From NCBI GenBank assembly GCA_963933885.1, contig CAWVWF010000004.1, positions 1 to 50,928 on the forward strand: a stretch of DNA of 50,928 bases, in the 5' to 3' direction. Below the pieces are notes generated by a model, which saw only the letters and a list, made by a program, of their open reading frames with translations, was not told the origin of the DNA and made no database searches. The position numbers and the translations under genes are program-made. The stretch comes from an uncultured Flavobacteriales bacterium. Its GTDB lineage: Bacteria; Bacteroidota; Bacteroidia; Flavobacteriales_C; GCA-002722245. Positions 19,726 to 28,578 of this stretch are shown piece by piece (positions within the stretch are counted from its first letter, which is position 1; each line of letters opens with the position of its first letter).

Positions 19726-21141
19726 TTACTTCTCGATTAACTTAAGTGATTCCATAAATCTATTACTCGATACATTTCCTACTTTCTTTGTTTCAGAAAT
19801 TATTTGAAGCATGTATACCGTATTCTTAACAAGGTAAATTCTCAAGGCTATAATAAACATTCCATCATTGAAATCTATCGTTACCTCTTTTCCTGGATAA
19901 CCACTCAAGCTTAAATCTTTTTGAGTTAATATTTTACCTTTTACTTTAGATACTGCTCCTCCAATTGCACTTTCAAAAAAGCCATCAATTCCATCTTTAT
20001 CCTCCGAACTAACACTACCCTCTGGATATACAGAATGAATAACCATATAAATAATATTATCATCACCCTGCGCAGGTGTATGTGAAAACATATCCATTTT
20101 TAAATCTCCTAATTCTGATGGAACTATTTGATTTGTTATCGTTACTTTCCCTGGAGTTAAAGCTGTAAAACCTGATGCTTCACCATGAACAATTTCCCAC
20201 GCTTTAACAATTGGTTTATTTACTTCCTCTTCTCTTTTATTCCTAGTTATTACTAACTCACTTTCTTCTTCTTTTGAAACGCTTACTTGACTGATTTTAT
20301 ACCCTTTCTTTTCTAGCAGTTGTAAAATTCCATTTTCTCCATGTAAGTGTAAATTACCAACAAGAATAAACTCAGTCTTCTTATCACTTAAATAAGCATC
20401 AATCTTAGGAATCCAATTGTTATTACGATCTAGAAACATGGATTTATACATTGCTGGATATTCCCGTTTCATATCTTTTAACTGCTTTACGAAGTATTTT
20501 CTTTCTCCTTTTTTCCATGCAGCAATAATTTTTAAAAAATCACTTTGAAGTTTTTTAAAATCTTTAAGTGATGACAATACATATTCCGATTCGTTCCCCT
20601 CTCCTAAAGAAGTTATTAGATTAATTTGGAATTCAGCAGACTCAAGGGCTCCGATTTCTTTACCGTTCTTCTTTCCATGAATATCATAATACTTATCAAC
20701 CCCGTCTTGCTTTACACCAATCTTCTTTAACCCTTGCATTGTTAATGTTAAAAGAACCATTGAAGGTTTATACTTTTGCATTTTATCCACTGAAACATTT
20801 AGTTTCTTAGATTCCTTTACCAACTTATCATAAGCATCTTTTGATAATTCACTTTTCAAAGTTCGGTCATCAGAGTAAATGAATTTTTTCATCATTTCTG
20901 CAACAATATCTGGATTTGACATCTCATCTATATTTGTCTCAAAAACTAGCTGATCAGCAGCTTTAAATGCTTTTTCAAATTCGATTGGCAAAGGATAATC
21001 AACATCTCTTAATACATGAATAGTTCCCCCAATATATACTGTAGAACTATCACTTTCTACTTTCCAGACTGAAGATTGAGCAGAAATAATTTTAAAACTT
21101 GATAAAACTAGAAGAAAAAATATTGAGATTTTATTTTTCAT
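19726..21141 (-). CDS. TraB/GumN family protein with additional C-terminal domain
   Basis: Signal peptide, SSVWKV...YIGGTIH, FE, GVD, LES..FQI, RN.NW, VG.LHL.G..G.L.LL...GY; about 170 extra C-terminal residues. Confidence 0.85.
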   Translation of the reverse strand: MKNKISIFFLLVLSSFKIISAQSSVWKVESDSSTVYIGGTIHVLRDVDYPLPIEFEKAFKAADQLVFETNIDEMSNPDIVAEMMKKFIYSDDRTLKSELSKDAYDKLVKESKKLNVSVDKMQKYKPSMVLLTLTMQGLKKIGVKQDGVDKYYDIHGKKNGKEIGALESAEFQINLITSLGEGNESEYVLSSLKDFKKLQSDFLKIIAAWKKGERKYFVKQLKDMKREYPAMYKSMFLDRNNNWIPKIDAYLSDKKTEFILVGNLHLHGENGILQLLEKKGYKISQVSVSKEEESELVITRNKREEEVNKPIVKAWEIVHGEASGFTALTPGKVTITNQIVPSELGDLKMDMFSHTPAQGDDNIIYMVIHSVYPEGSVSSEDKDGIDGFFESAIGGAVSKVKGKILTQKDLSLSGYPGKEVTIDFNDGMFIIALRIYLVKNTVYMLQIISETKKVGNVSSNRFMESLKLIEK

Positions 21142-21378
21142 ATTATTTTGATTTAGAAATGAATTTCAAATCATTTCTTTTTGCTTTCAAAACCAAAGTT
21201 AGTTATACCTTCTCATAATGCCAACCTGAGAAGCCAAATGAATCAAAACTAATTTTCAAGTTACATGAATATCATTTTTCTAAAAATGAATCTATCATGC
21301 TAAAAAAATGACATCTCATAAAGCAACCTTAAAACATTTTATTAGTCTTGCTCAGTATAAACTAATAAACACAAAATT

Positions 21379-22194
21379 ATGAAAATCAGCACTAGATTAA
21401 TTTTAGGGACATTTATCGCCGGGATAGCGTTAACGTCTTGTAATAAAGAAAAAGATGATTCTACAATCTCTACGGAAAACAACACATTAGCAGATGCCGC
21501 TTTTGGGCATTTAAATGATGTTGTAGATACAGAAGTTGAAATTATTGAAGACAATATCTACGGAACGCAAAAGACTACAGCTATAGGAGATTCCTGCGCA
21601 AACATTTCATTTACATTTAGTAATGATAGTTCTTATATCGATTCAATAATTATCGATTATGGAACACTAGGATGTGAATGGCAAGGTAGAGTTAGAAAAG
21701 GAAAAATTATAATAACTCAAAACGGGAAAAAATCTGTAACTGGGACAATCACTAAAGTGGAAGTTGATCAATTCTTCATTGATGATTACCAACTTGAAGG
21801 TGTGAAATTAATCGAAAATTTAGGAGGAACTTTAATTCCATTCAAATTCGAAAATCATGTTCAAGTAATTGGCGGAAAAATTACAAGTCCAGATGGTACA
21901 AAAACGTTCCAATGGAATGCCGATAAAAACCACACTTTAGGTTTAAATGGTGGAATCCCTTACTTATTAATGGAAGGTACTGTAAATGGAATAAACACAA
22001 ATGGTGTAGCATTTACAATTAACACAACTTCTCCGTTAAAAGCTGTTTGGGGATGTCCAAGAATAGTTGAAGGAACTTTAGAAGTAACGCCAGCTGGTTT
22101 TGCAACTAGAACTTTAGATTATGGTAATGGAACTTGTGATTTTAAAGCAACAATTACGGTAAACGGAAATACAAAAAACATTATTCTTTGGTAA
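21379..22194 (+). CDS. Putative surface-exposed lipoprotein
   Basis: Lipobox LTSC followed by NKEKDD (charged Bacteroidota export-signal-like); IDYG..GC...GRVRKGKI and DYGNGTCD motifs. Confidence 0.8.
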   Translation: MKISTRLILGTFIAGIALTSCNKEKDDSTISTENNTLADAAFGHLNDVVDTEVEIIEDNIYGTQKTTAIGDSCANISFTFSNDSSYIDSIIIDYGTLGCEWQGRVRKGKIIITQNGKKSVTGTITKVEVDQFFIDDYQLEGVKLIENLGGTLIPFKFENHVQVIGGKITSPDGTKTFQWNADKNHTLGLNGGIPYLLMEGTVNGINTNGVAFTINTTSPLKAVWGCPRIVEGTLEVTPAGFATRTLDYGNGTCDFKATITVNGNTKNIILW

Positions 22195-22214
22195 AAAGAA
22201 TAAACACATAAAAT

Positions 22215-22250
22215 AAAAAATCCCGGCTCATATGAACCGGGATTTTTTTT
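22215..22250. terminator. Bidirectional intrinsic terminator
   Basis: AAAAAATCCCGGCTCA-TA-TGAACCGGGATTTTTTTT between convergent genes. Confidence 0.85.
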
Positions 22251-22276
22251 GTTTGATAGATATTTTCTTTTGAAAC

Positions 22277-25078
22277 TTATAAAGTCTTTAAATAGTCTGT
22301 AAAGCTGGTGTCATCGTCAAGCTCCCACTTCTTTTTCAAACGGTACTTCCTTTTTTCAACTGCAGCAACAGAAATCGTGAGTAGTTCTGCAATCTCTTTA
22401 TTTGATTTTCCCATTCTAACATAAGAACAAAATAATAAATAGGATTCACTCAACTTAGCATCCTTATCTTTTAACTTTTGGAAGAAGTTATTGTTCTTTT
22501 GATCAAAATGAACTTGGAAGTTATCCCAATTACTTTCATCATCCAAATTAGTAGAAATACTCCTTTTTAGAGATGTAACTTTCGTTCTTTCTTCATGTTC
22601 CATTTCTTTTGATAAAGAATCCAACTTACCTACAACACTTGCCAGCATTTCCTTTTTCTGAGTATACGACAATGCCATATATGCCAATTCATTTTCCTTA
22701 TTTCGAAGTTCAATTTCCAGCTTCTCAGCATTATGTAATTTTTCCTTAATCTCAAGCTCCCTTTCCTTTTCAGCTTGTAATATTTTGGCTTGTTTATCGA
22801 AGCGTTTTTTAATGTAGAGCGCAGCTATGATTAACATAATAAAATAACCAAACTTAGCTACTCCGGTTCTATACCATGGTGGTAATACAACAAACATATA
22901 AGATTCACTACCTAAAACACTATCTCCTTTCTTTGCTCTAACAACAAAGGTGTAATCACCTTCTTTTAAATTAGTGTATTCCCTGTAGTTAACCTCTTTT
23001 ACTGCTTGCCATCCAGTAATAGAATTTTTATTTACGATTAATTGCGTTTCGTAAACTACTTGATCCATCTCACCAAATGCAGGAATTGAGAATGTAAATC
23101 GAAAGTTATTATGTTCAAAAGGATAAGATAATAGTGTATTTGGTTTTCCATTAAATAATAACGAATCTACATTATCTCCAAGTAATTCAACTTCTCTAAT
23201 CAAACAATTAATACTCTCTGATTTCTTATTCGATTTAGGTTCATATATAGCAAAACCTTCTTGTGTTCCAACAAGATATTTATTGGGTGATATTTTATTG
23301 AAAAATTCAGCAGAACCAACTAGATTACTTTTTAAATATGAAACTGGTGTGCTTTTTAGAACCCATTTATCATTTACCTTATGAACGATATACGCTTTAT
23401 CTTTATAAATCCCATAGATTCCGTTTTCATCGTACTTCCTTGCTCTTCTAATATACTTGTATACCTCACTAAATGAATCATCTCTAATTAGAGAATCATT
23501 ATCTAAATAATACATTCCTCCAAATGTTGTAATATATATCTTGTTTTCAAAGTAAAATATATCATTAAAATAATCCGGACTAAACTTATATTTAGTAGCA
23601 TAATTAATTACAGATATAGCAGAATCTCTAGATGAATTAAGCTCTACACGATATAATCCTTTATTACCTTGGATCGCCCAAACAACTCCTTTGTGATCAA
23701 CTTCAAGAACTCTTGAAGATTCCTTATAACCAGCTATATTACTTTTAAAAGTCCACTTTCCGTTTTCGAAAACATACCTACTTGCTCCTAAGTAATGACC
23801 AATAAATGCTTCGTTTTTTTTGAACTTTTCTGAAGTTGACCAAACCCATGACCCTTTATTATCGTTTGGCGAAATCATTACGGGTTTCCCTTCAATAAGC
23901 GTGTACGTCTCATCTGATTGTGAGATTATTAAACTCCCATTCGAAACTGACAAATCGTTAATTGTATTTTCTGGAAGACCATCAATTTTAGTGAACTTCC
24001 TTATTTCGTCAAGACCTTTCTCCCAGTTATCCATAACGTATAAACCATAAGAAGTTCCAATATAAAGTTGCTCGTTATACACAACTCCACTATACCCCAT
24101 CCCTTCAAAGCCTTGAGATTTTGTGATATACTTAATAGGAGAATTCCATTTTAACATTCCAATTCCATTATTATATGCTATCCAAACGTTACCAGACTTA
24201 TCTAGGAATAGGTGATTAATATAATTATCTTCTAATCCATGTTTCGTAGTTAAATTCCTTAAGATCTTTCCCGAAGAGTTTAAAACATATATCCCCCTAT
24301 TTACAGTCCCTAACAAAAACTCATCATCTGAAATTTTCAAAACAGAAGTTATTTCAGAGTTTCCAATAATAGTATTTGCTTCTTCGAATAATTTTGAATT
24401 ACTAGTTGATCTAATTCCAAATTTCCCGAAAATCACATAATCTTTATTAATCCATTGAATCGAATTCACAGATTCAATAGAGTTTTCACTGAGAAAAACA
24501 GATGCTTTATTATTTTTAATACTTCCTAGTCCCTTACCTTCTTCCCAATAAACTAATTCATTGTTAATAGGAATTAAACTTTTCACTAAACTAGTATTTG
24601 AAAAGCCTGTTAATTCAATAATTGAATCTGATTCAGCCATATAAAGTCTAGACTTTGTCATGAAATAAATCGCCCCCTCAAAAGAAACAGCTTTATAAAT
24701 CTGCCCAAATTCTGTATCTCCAATTATTTTGTCCTTTAATGATATATATATCGTTTTCTGAGTACTGTCTTTCCCTAGATATCCAAACTCAGATGACGAA
24801 CCAACATATATTCTTCCATTATCATCTTTCGCGAAGCTTAAAGCACTTTTACCATTAACCAAAGGAATCTTCCTAAATGAACTCCCGTCGTATTCAAGTA
24901 CACAATAAGCATTCGCTATATATATCATTCCTGACGAATCCTGTGTGAATCCGTAATTAATAGAATGACTTTGATAATCTGTAGTTGTAAAATTAACTAT
25001 ATCAGGAACTGAGGCAAATCCAGCTACATTGAATAATAAAGTAAATACAACTTGAAATATAACGTGGGTTTTCATCAT
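22277..25078 (-). CDS. One-component transmembrane regulator: beta-propeller sensor, Y_Y_Y domain, TM, coiled coil, LuxR-type HTH
   Basis: Propeller repeats; REYTNLKEGDYTFVVRA; LPPWYRT TM; C-terminal F..HF...NNFFQKL...LS...C.YVRMG.SNKEIAELL.IS..AVEK.KYRL.KK. Confidence 0.88.
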   Translation of the reverse strand: MMKTHVIFQVVFTLLFNVAGFASVPDIVNFTTTDYQSHSINYGFTQDSSGMIYIANAYCVLEYDGSSFRKIPLVNGKSALSFAKDDNGRIYVGSSSEFGYLGKDSTQKTIYISLKDKIIGDTEFGQIYKAVSFEGAIYFMTKSRLYMAESDSIIELTGFSNTSLVKSLIPINNELVYWEEGKGLGSIKNNKASVFLSENSIESVNSIQWINKDYVIFGKFGIRSTSNSKLFEEANTIIGNSEITSVLKISDDEFLLGTVNRGIYVLNSSGKILRNLTTKHGLEDNYINHLFLDKSGNVWIAYNNGIGMLKWNSPIKYITKSQGFEGMGYSGVVYNEQLYIGTSYGLYVMDNWEKGLDEIRKFTKIDGLPENTINDLSVSNGSLIISQSDETYTLIEGKPVMISPNDNKGSWVWSTSEKFKKNEAFIGHYLGASRYVFENGKWTFKSNIAGYKESSRVLEVDHKGVVWAIQGNKGLYRVELNSSRDSAISVINYATKYKFSPDYFNDIFYFENKIYITTFGGMYYLDNDSLIRDDSFSEVYKYIRRARKYDENGIYGIYKDKAYIVHKVNDKWVLKSTPVSYLKSNLVGSAEFFNKISPNKYLVGTQEGFAIYEPKSNKKSESINCLIREVELLGDNVDSLLFNGKPNTLLSYPFEHNNFRFTFSIPAFGEMDQVVYETQLIVNKNSITGWQAVKEVNYREYTNLKEGDYTFVVRAKKGDSVLGSESYMFVVLPPWYRTGVAKFGYFIMLIIAALYIKKRFDKQAKILQAEKERELEIKEKLHNAEKLEIELRNKENELAYMALSYTQKKEMLASVVGKLDSLSKEMEHEERTKVTSLKRSISTNLDDESNWDNFQVHFDQKNNNFFQKLKDKDAKLSESYLLFCSYVRMGKSNKEIAELLTISVAAVEKRKYRLKKKWELDDDTSFTDYLKTL

Positions 25079-25268
25079 AATAAAATGTATGTCTCTCTAA
25101 TTTAAACGATAATATTTCACCGTGAAAGTTTAGATCAAAAATAATAGGTTTATTGAAGCAGACAAAAATCAGACACCTTTAATTTTTAATATTTAAATTG
25201 AATCATACAATGAGAAAAAAAACATCAAGATCACATCGTAACAAACTAACAAACAACCCAATAAGAAC

Positions 25269-25318
25269 TGTCTCATGATTGTCCTCTAACATTTTAACTA
25301 ATGTCTCAAGGTAGTCCT
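25269..25318 (+). promoter_or_regulatory. Direct-repeat operator candidate
   Basis: TGTCTCATGATTGTCCT (25269-25285) and TGTCTCAAGGTAGTCCT (25302-25318), 14/17 identical, 33 bp apart. Confidence 0.6.
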
Positions 25319-25350
25319 GCATTATTTTAGCGTTATCAAAAATTGAAATC

Positions 25351-25358
25351 TATATTTG
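25351..25358 (+). promoter_or_regulatory. Bacteroidota -7 promoter box
   Basis: TATATTTG matches TAnnTTTG exactly. Confidence 0.6.
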
Positions 25359-25363
25359 ATGAG

Positions 25364-25433
25364 CATACAATTATTCATTGTAGGTTTTAAAAAAGGTTAA
25401 AAGAACAGAAGTTAAGGTCTGTTCTTTTTTTTT
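25364..25433 (+). ncRNA. Candidate small RNA, about 70 nt
   Basis: Consensus -7 box, 5' hairpin TACAAT/ATTGTA, GGTTTT..GGTT linker, terminator hairpin plus T9; no ORF. Confidence 0.45.
25399..25433 (+). terminator. Intrinsic terminator 1
   Basis: AAAAGAACAGA-AGTTAAGG-TCTGTTCTTTT followed by further Ts. Confidence 0.75.
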
Positions 25434-25491
25434 AGACAATCAAGAAACTCAATATATTTAAAATCCGAATTCCCAAATCCGTGTTAACGGT

Positions 25492-25526
25492 AACTAAAAG
25501 GGTTCCAAGTAGCCCTTTTAGTTTTT
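25492..25526 (+). terminator. Intrinsic terminator-like hairpin 2
   Basis: AACTAAAAGGG-TTCCAAGTAG-CCCTTTTAGTT followed by TTT. Confidence 0.7.
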
Positions 25527-25564
25527 ATCTCATTATCAATAAGACGTTCTTTCAAAACTTACCC

Positions 25565-25593
25565 ATCCTCGCAAAGCGCGAGGATTTTTTTTT
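25565..25593 (+). terminator. Intrinsic terminator 3
   Basis: ATCCTCGC-AAAGC-GCGAGGAT followed by a T-run. Confidence 0.8.
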
Positions 25594-25689
25594 GCAAAAA
25601 ATGCAAATTTCTTTTTTCATCAGTAAAATTTAATTGAAAATAAGTCTTGAATTCGGTCAACTTTGTATCATAAACTAAAAACAAATATT

Positions 25690-26763
25690 ATGAAAAAGTT
25701 AAACTTATTACTCGTACTTATTGCATTTACATTTATAGGAAAAGCTGCTGAAAGAGTTGCAGTATTAAATTTCGATATTATAGGACAAGCACTTACAAAA
25801 CAACAATTCATTTCAATTACAAGAACAGAAATCGCAAAACTTGACACATTCCAAGTATTAGACAAATACACAGTTCAAGAGGTATTTGATGCAAATCCAG
25901 TAGATTTAGAAAAATGTTATGGTGTTAAATGTTTAACAGAAATAGGAAAAAAACTAAATGTAAAGTATGTAATTGCAGGAACAGCAGAGGTAATCACTGA
26001 TAAAGCAATTATTACATTAAGATTAATAGATATCGAAAATGAAACTGTCGTAAAAACTTCATATTCCGAATTCATATGGTCTGAAGCAAACTCACAAAGA
26101 TTAATTCAAATGGCAGTATTTAAATTATTTAACAGAGGAATCGATCGTAGATTAAAAAACTTATACGACTATGAAACTGTTAAAGAAGCTGCATTTGAAG
26201 GTCCAGAAATAATAAAATACAATTTATCAGGACCACGTTTCGGAGGAGCATACCAAACTGGGCTAATGGAAAATATCATAACAAACGGGACAAATAGCGG
26301 TGGATTTAACAAAAATCCATTTGTGACTGTAATAGGATACCAAATGGAAAAGCAATATTTATTCACAGGTGCATTCCAAGCAGTATTTCAAATGAATTTT
26401 TCTTTATCAGGTCTAGACCAACAAATGGCGATACCTTCAGTATCGATATTAAACGGATTCAGATCTTCAAAAGGGGGATGGGAATTTGGATTTGGTCCAT
26501 CGTTTAGATTTAGAAAAACAGCAGAAGGATTTTATAGAGATGGAGAATGGAATTTAGTTAACGAAGCTTTACCAGGTGAAGACATTGAAAAAGAATTTCG
26601 TTTAGATAGCAGAGGAAGTTTAAAATTCATTAGTTCATGGGTATGGGCAGTAGGAAAAAGCTTTAAAGCTGGTAATATGAATATTCCTGTAAACTTATAT
26701 ACGATTCCTGATAAGGACGGGTGGCAGTTTGGAATTTCAATGGGATATGCATTACATATGTAA
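25690..26763 (+). CDS. Exported protein: N-terminal CsgG/TolB-N-like domain plus beta-strand-rich C-terminal domain
   Basis: Signal peptide MKKLNLLL...GKA; VAVLNF, C.GVKCL.EIGKKLNV.YVI.G, ITLRLID.E...V; C-terminal alternating strands ending GWQFGISMGY; ATG at 25690 preferred. Confidence 0.65.
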   Translation: MKKLNLLLVLIAFTFIGKAAERVAVLNFDIIGQALTKQQFISITRTEIAKLDTFQVLDKYTVQEVFDANPVDLEKCYGVKCLTEIGKKLNVKYVIAGTAEVITDKAIITLRLIDIENETVVKTSYSEFIWSEANSQRLIQMAVFKLFNRGIDRRLKNLYDYETVKEAAFEGPEIIKYNLSGPRFGGAYQTGLMENIITNGTNSGGFNKNPFVTVIGYQMEKQYLFTGAFQAVFQMNFSLSGLDQQMAIPSVSILNGFRSSKGGWEFGFGPSFRFRKTAEGFYRDGEWNLVNEALPGEDIEKEFRLDSRGSLKFISSWVWAVGKSFKAGNMNIPVNLYTIPDKDGWQFGISMGYALHM

Positions 26764-26778
26764 AATCCAATAAAATAT

Positions 26779-26815
26779 AAAAAGGCAATAAGGGTAAACT
26801 CTTATTGCCTTTTTT
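26779..26815. terminator. Bidirectional intrinsic terminator
   Basis: AAAAAGGCAATAAG-GGTAAACT-CTTATTGCCTTTTT between convergent genes. Confidence 0.85.
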
Positions 26816-27317
26816 ATATTTTAACATCTGAAAAACCTTTCAAATCATTAAAATAAGGAAATACATATTTAGAAATTCCCTTTAAAAAAGGATAACAAAT
26901 TGAATCATTAAGTATTGATGTATCAACCAAGTTGAATTTAGTATTTACATTTTCAAAAAACAACAATACAACTGCTAAGATTAAAATAGTTTTACAAGCA
27001 CTAAAAAGAGCACCTCCAATTTTATTAAAAAGTCCTAATGCAAGAATATCAATAAACTTACTTAAAAGCTTCCCCAGAAAATACATACCAACCAAAACAC
27101 CTAAGAATGTTACAGCAAATGCAAGTAAAGGAATATCTAATTGGAATTTCTCAAATAACACTTCTGATGTAATGTGAGAAAACTTTACCCCTGCCCAAAC
27201 TCCAAGTACTAAACCAATGAGTGTTGCTATACTTAAGACTAAACCCTTGGTAAATCCTTTGTACATTCCAAATAGTAATGGAATTAATACTGCCAAATCA
27301 AAATAATTAAATTCCAC
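26814..27317 (-). CDS. cvpA: CvpA (colicin V production) family membrane protein
   Basis: N.FD...GF.KGL, LGLFNKIGGALF. Confidence 0.88.
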   Translation of the reverse strand: MEFNYFDLAVLIPLLFGMYKGFTKGLVLSIATLIGLVLGVWAGVKFSHITSEVLFEKFQLDIPLLAFAVTFLGVLVGMYFLGKLLSKFIDILALGLFNKIGGALFSACKTILILAVVLLFFENVNTKFNLVDTSILNDSICYPFLKGISKYVFPYFNDLKGFSDVKI

Positions 27318-28416
27318 TTCCTGTAAAAACTTTTATAATATTAGATGAAAGATCCAATTTATACGCTGGATTTTCACGACTCTTTTTTCTAATTGCATGA
27401 TTAGCATGATACAAGTCGCTAATAATTTCACACCCTATCCTTCGATCACTACTTTTCTGTTTTAAAACTCCTTTTATTTCTAATAATGTCATTTTCTGCA
27501 TAAAAACTGGAAGATGTTCTCTGACCAAATTTTTATAATTCACCTTTCCGGCATCATATAGATCTACCAAATCCCAATTAGATTTTACATTTTTATAATA
27601 GCACCCAACTTTATAAATCGACCGTGTTCCTATAACTTTAACTCCTATATTTTGAGCATATGAATCAATCAGTTTTATACGATTAAGCTGATCAAGTCCA
27701 ATAGAATTGAAAGGGATATAAGTTGAATTTAAAAAATCATTTTCTTCTGCAATCCTTTTTAAACTGGCTTTAATTTGACCACCCACTTTTTCATTTAAAT
27801 ATTGAGGTATTATCGTAATAATTCTACCTCCGGATAGTTCTGTTAAATGTTGCCAATACGAAAAGGCCTTATCTTTCTTCTTATGAAAAACGTATAATAA
27901 ATTAATTGCGATATTTTTCTTTTTAGCTTTCTTACATGCTTTTTTTGCTAATTCATATTCATCCTTAATAGTCCCGTTACCAATCGCAAATATTTGCTTT
28001 TTAACACCTGAATCCATATCCCAGTTTAACTCATCAATTGCCACTTTTAAAGCTGTCCCTACTTGATTATCTGCTAAACTACTTGTTAATGTCTTACTGT
28101 TAACATATTCAAAATAATTAGAGGGATCATCTTCAAAATCTTGCAATACTTTAACATACCTATTGTCCTTTCCAAAAACCTTACTTGAAAACCCTACAAT
28201 AGCCAACTCTAATCTTGTATTTGGGTTCTTATGTTCAAATTCAATATAAAATTCCCAGAAATTATTTCGAACAGCATCAGAGATATGTTGAGCACTCTTT
28301 GAAAAATCAACACATAACACTAATTGAGCCTTCTTTTTAAACGCACCAGGTTTGGGGTGAAATGAAAAGAACATTCCAACAAACAAAAATAATATGATCC
28401 TGATTTTAACTCTCAA
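27307..28416 (-). CDS. von Willebrand factor A domain protein
   Basis: QLVLCVDFSKS (DxSxS MIDAS), VG.AL..A...LNW, IFAIGN; signal peptide; TTG start. Confidence 0.75.
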   Translation of the reverse strand: MRVKIRIILFLFVGMFFSFHPKPGAFKKKAQLVLCVDFSKSAQHISDAVRNNFWEFYIEFEHKNPNTRLELAIVGFSSKVFGKDNRYVKVLQDFEDDPSNYFEYVNSKTLTSSLADNQVGTALKVAIDELNWDMDSGVKKQIFAIGNGTIKDEYELAKKACKKAKKKNIAINLLYVFHKKKDKAFSYWQHLTELSGGRIITIIPQYLNEKVGGQIKASLKRIAEENDFLNSTYIPFNSIGLDQLNRIKLIDSYAQNIGVKVIGTRSIYKVGCYYKNVKSNWDLVDLYDAGKVNYKNLVREHLPVFMQKMTLLEIKGVLKQKSSDRRIGCEIISDLYHANHAIRKKSRENPAYKLDLSSNIIKVFTGSGI

Positions 28417-28578
28417 TTGTAAAAATTCATAATAACCTTAGTTAAACTTACTCAAATATTAAACTCGATGTTCAATGTTTTCGATTAGTTATCAAAAACA
28501 AAGTCGTTAAAAATTATTTTTATAATACGATTTCAATAATCACTATATATAAATTTTAATAAGGTTAACTTTGTAAAT

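Noticed and set aside
25364-25593. Possible CRISPR array, tRNA or known riboswitch in the hairpin cluster
   Set aside because: The three hairpins differ in sequence, there are no repeat-spacer units, no cloverleaf, no aptamer consensus I recognise, and no cas genes
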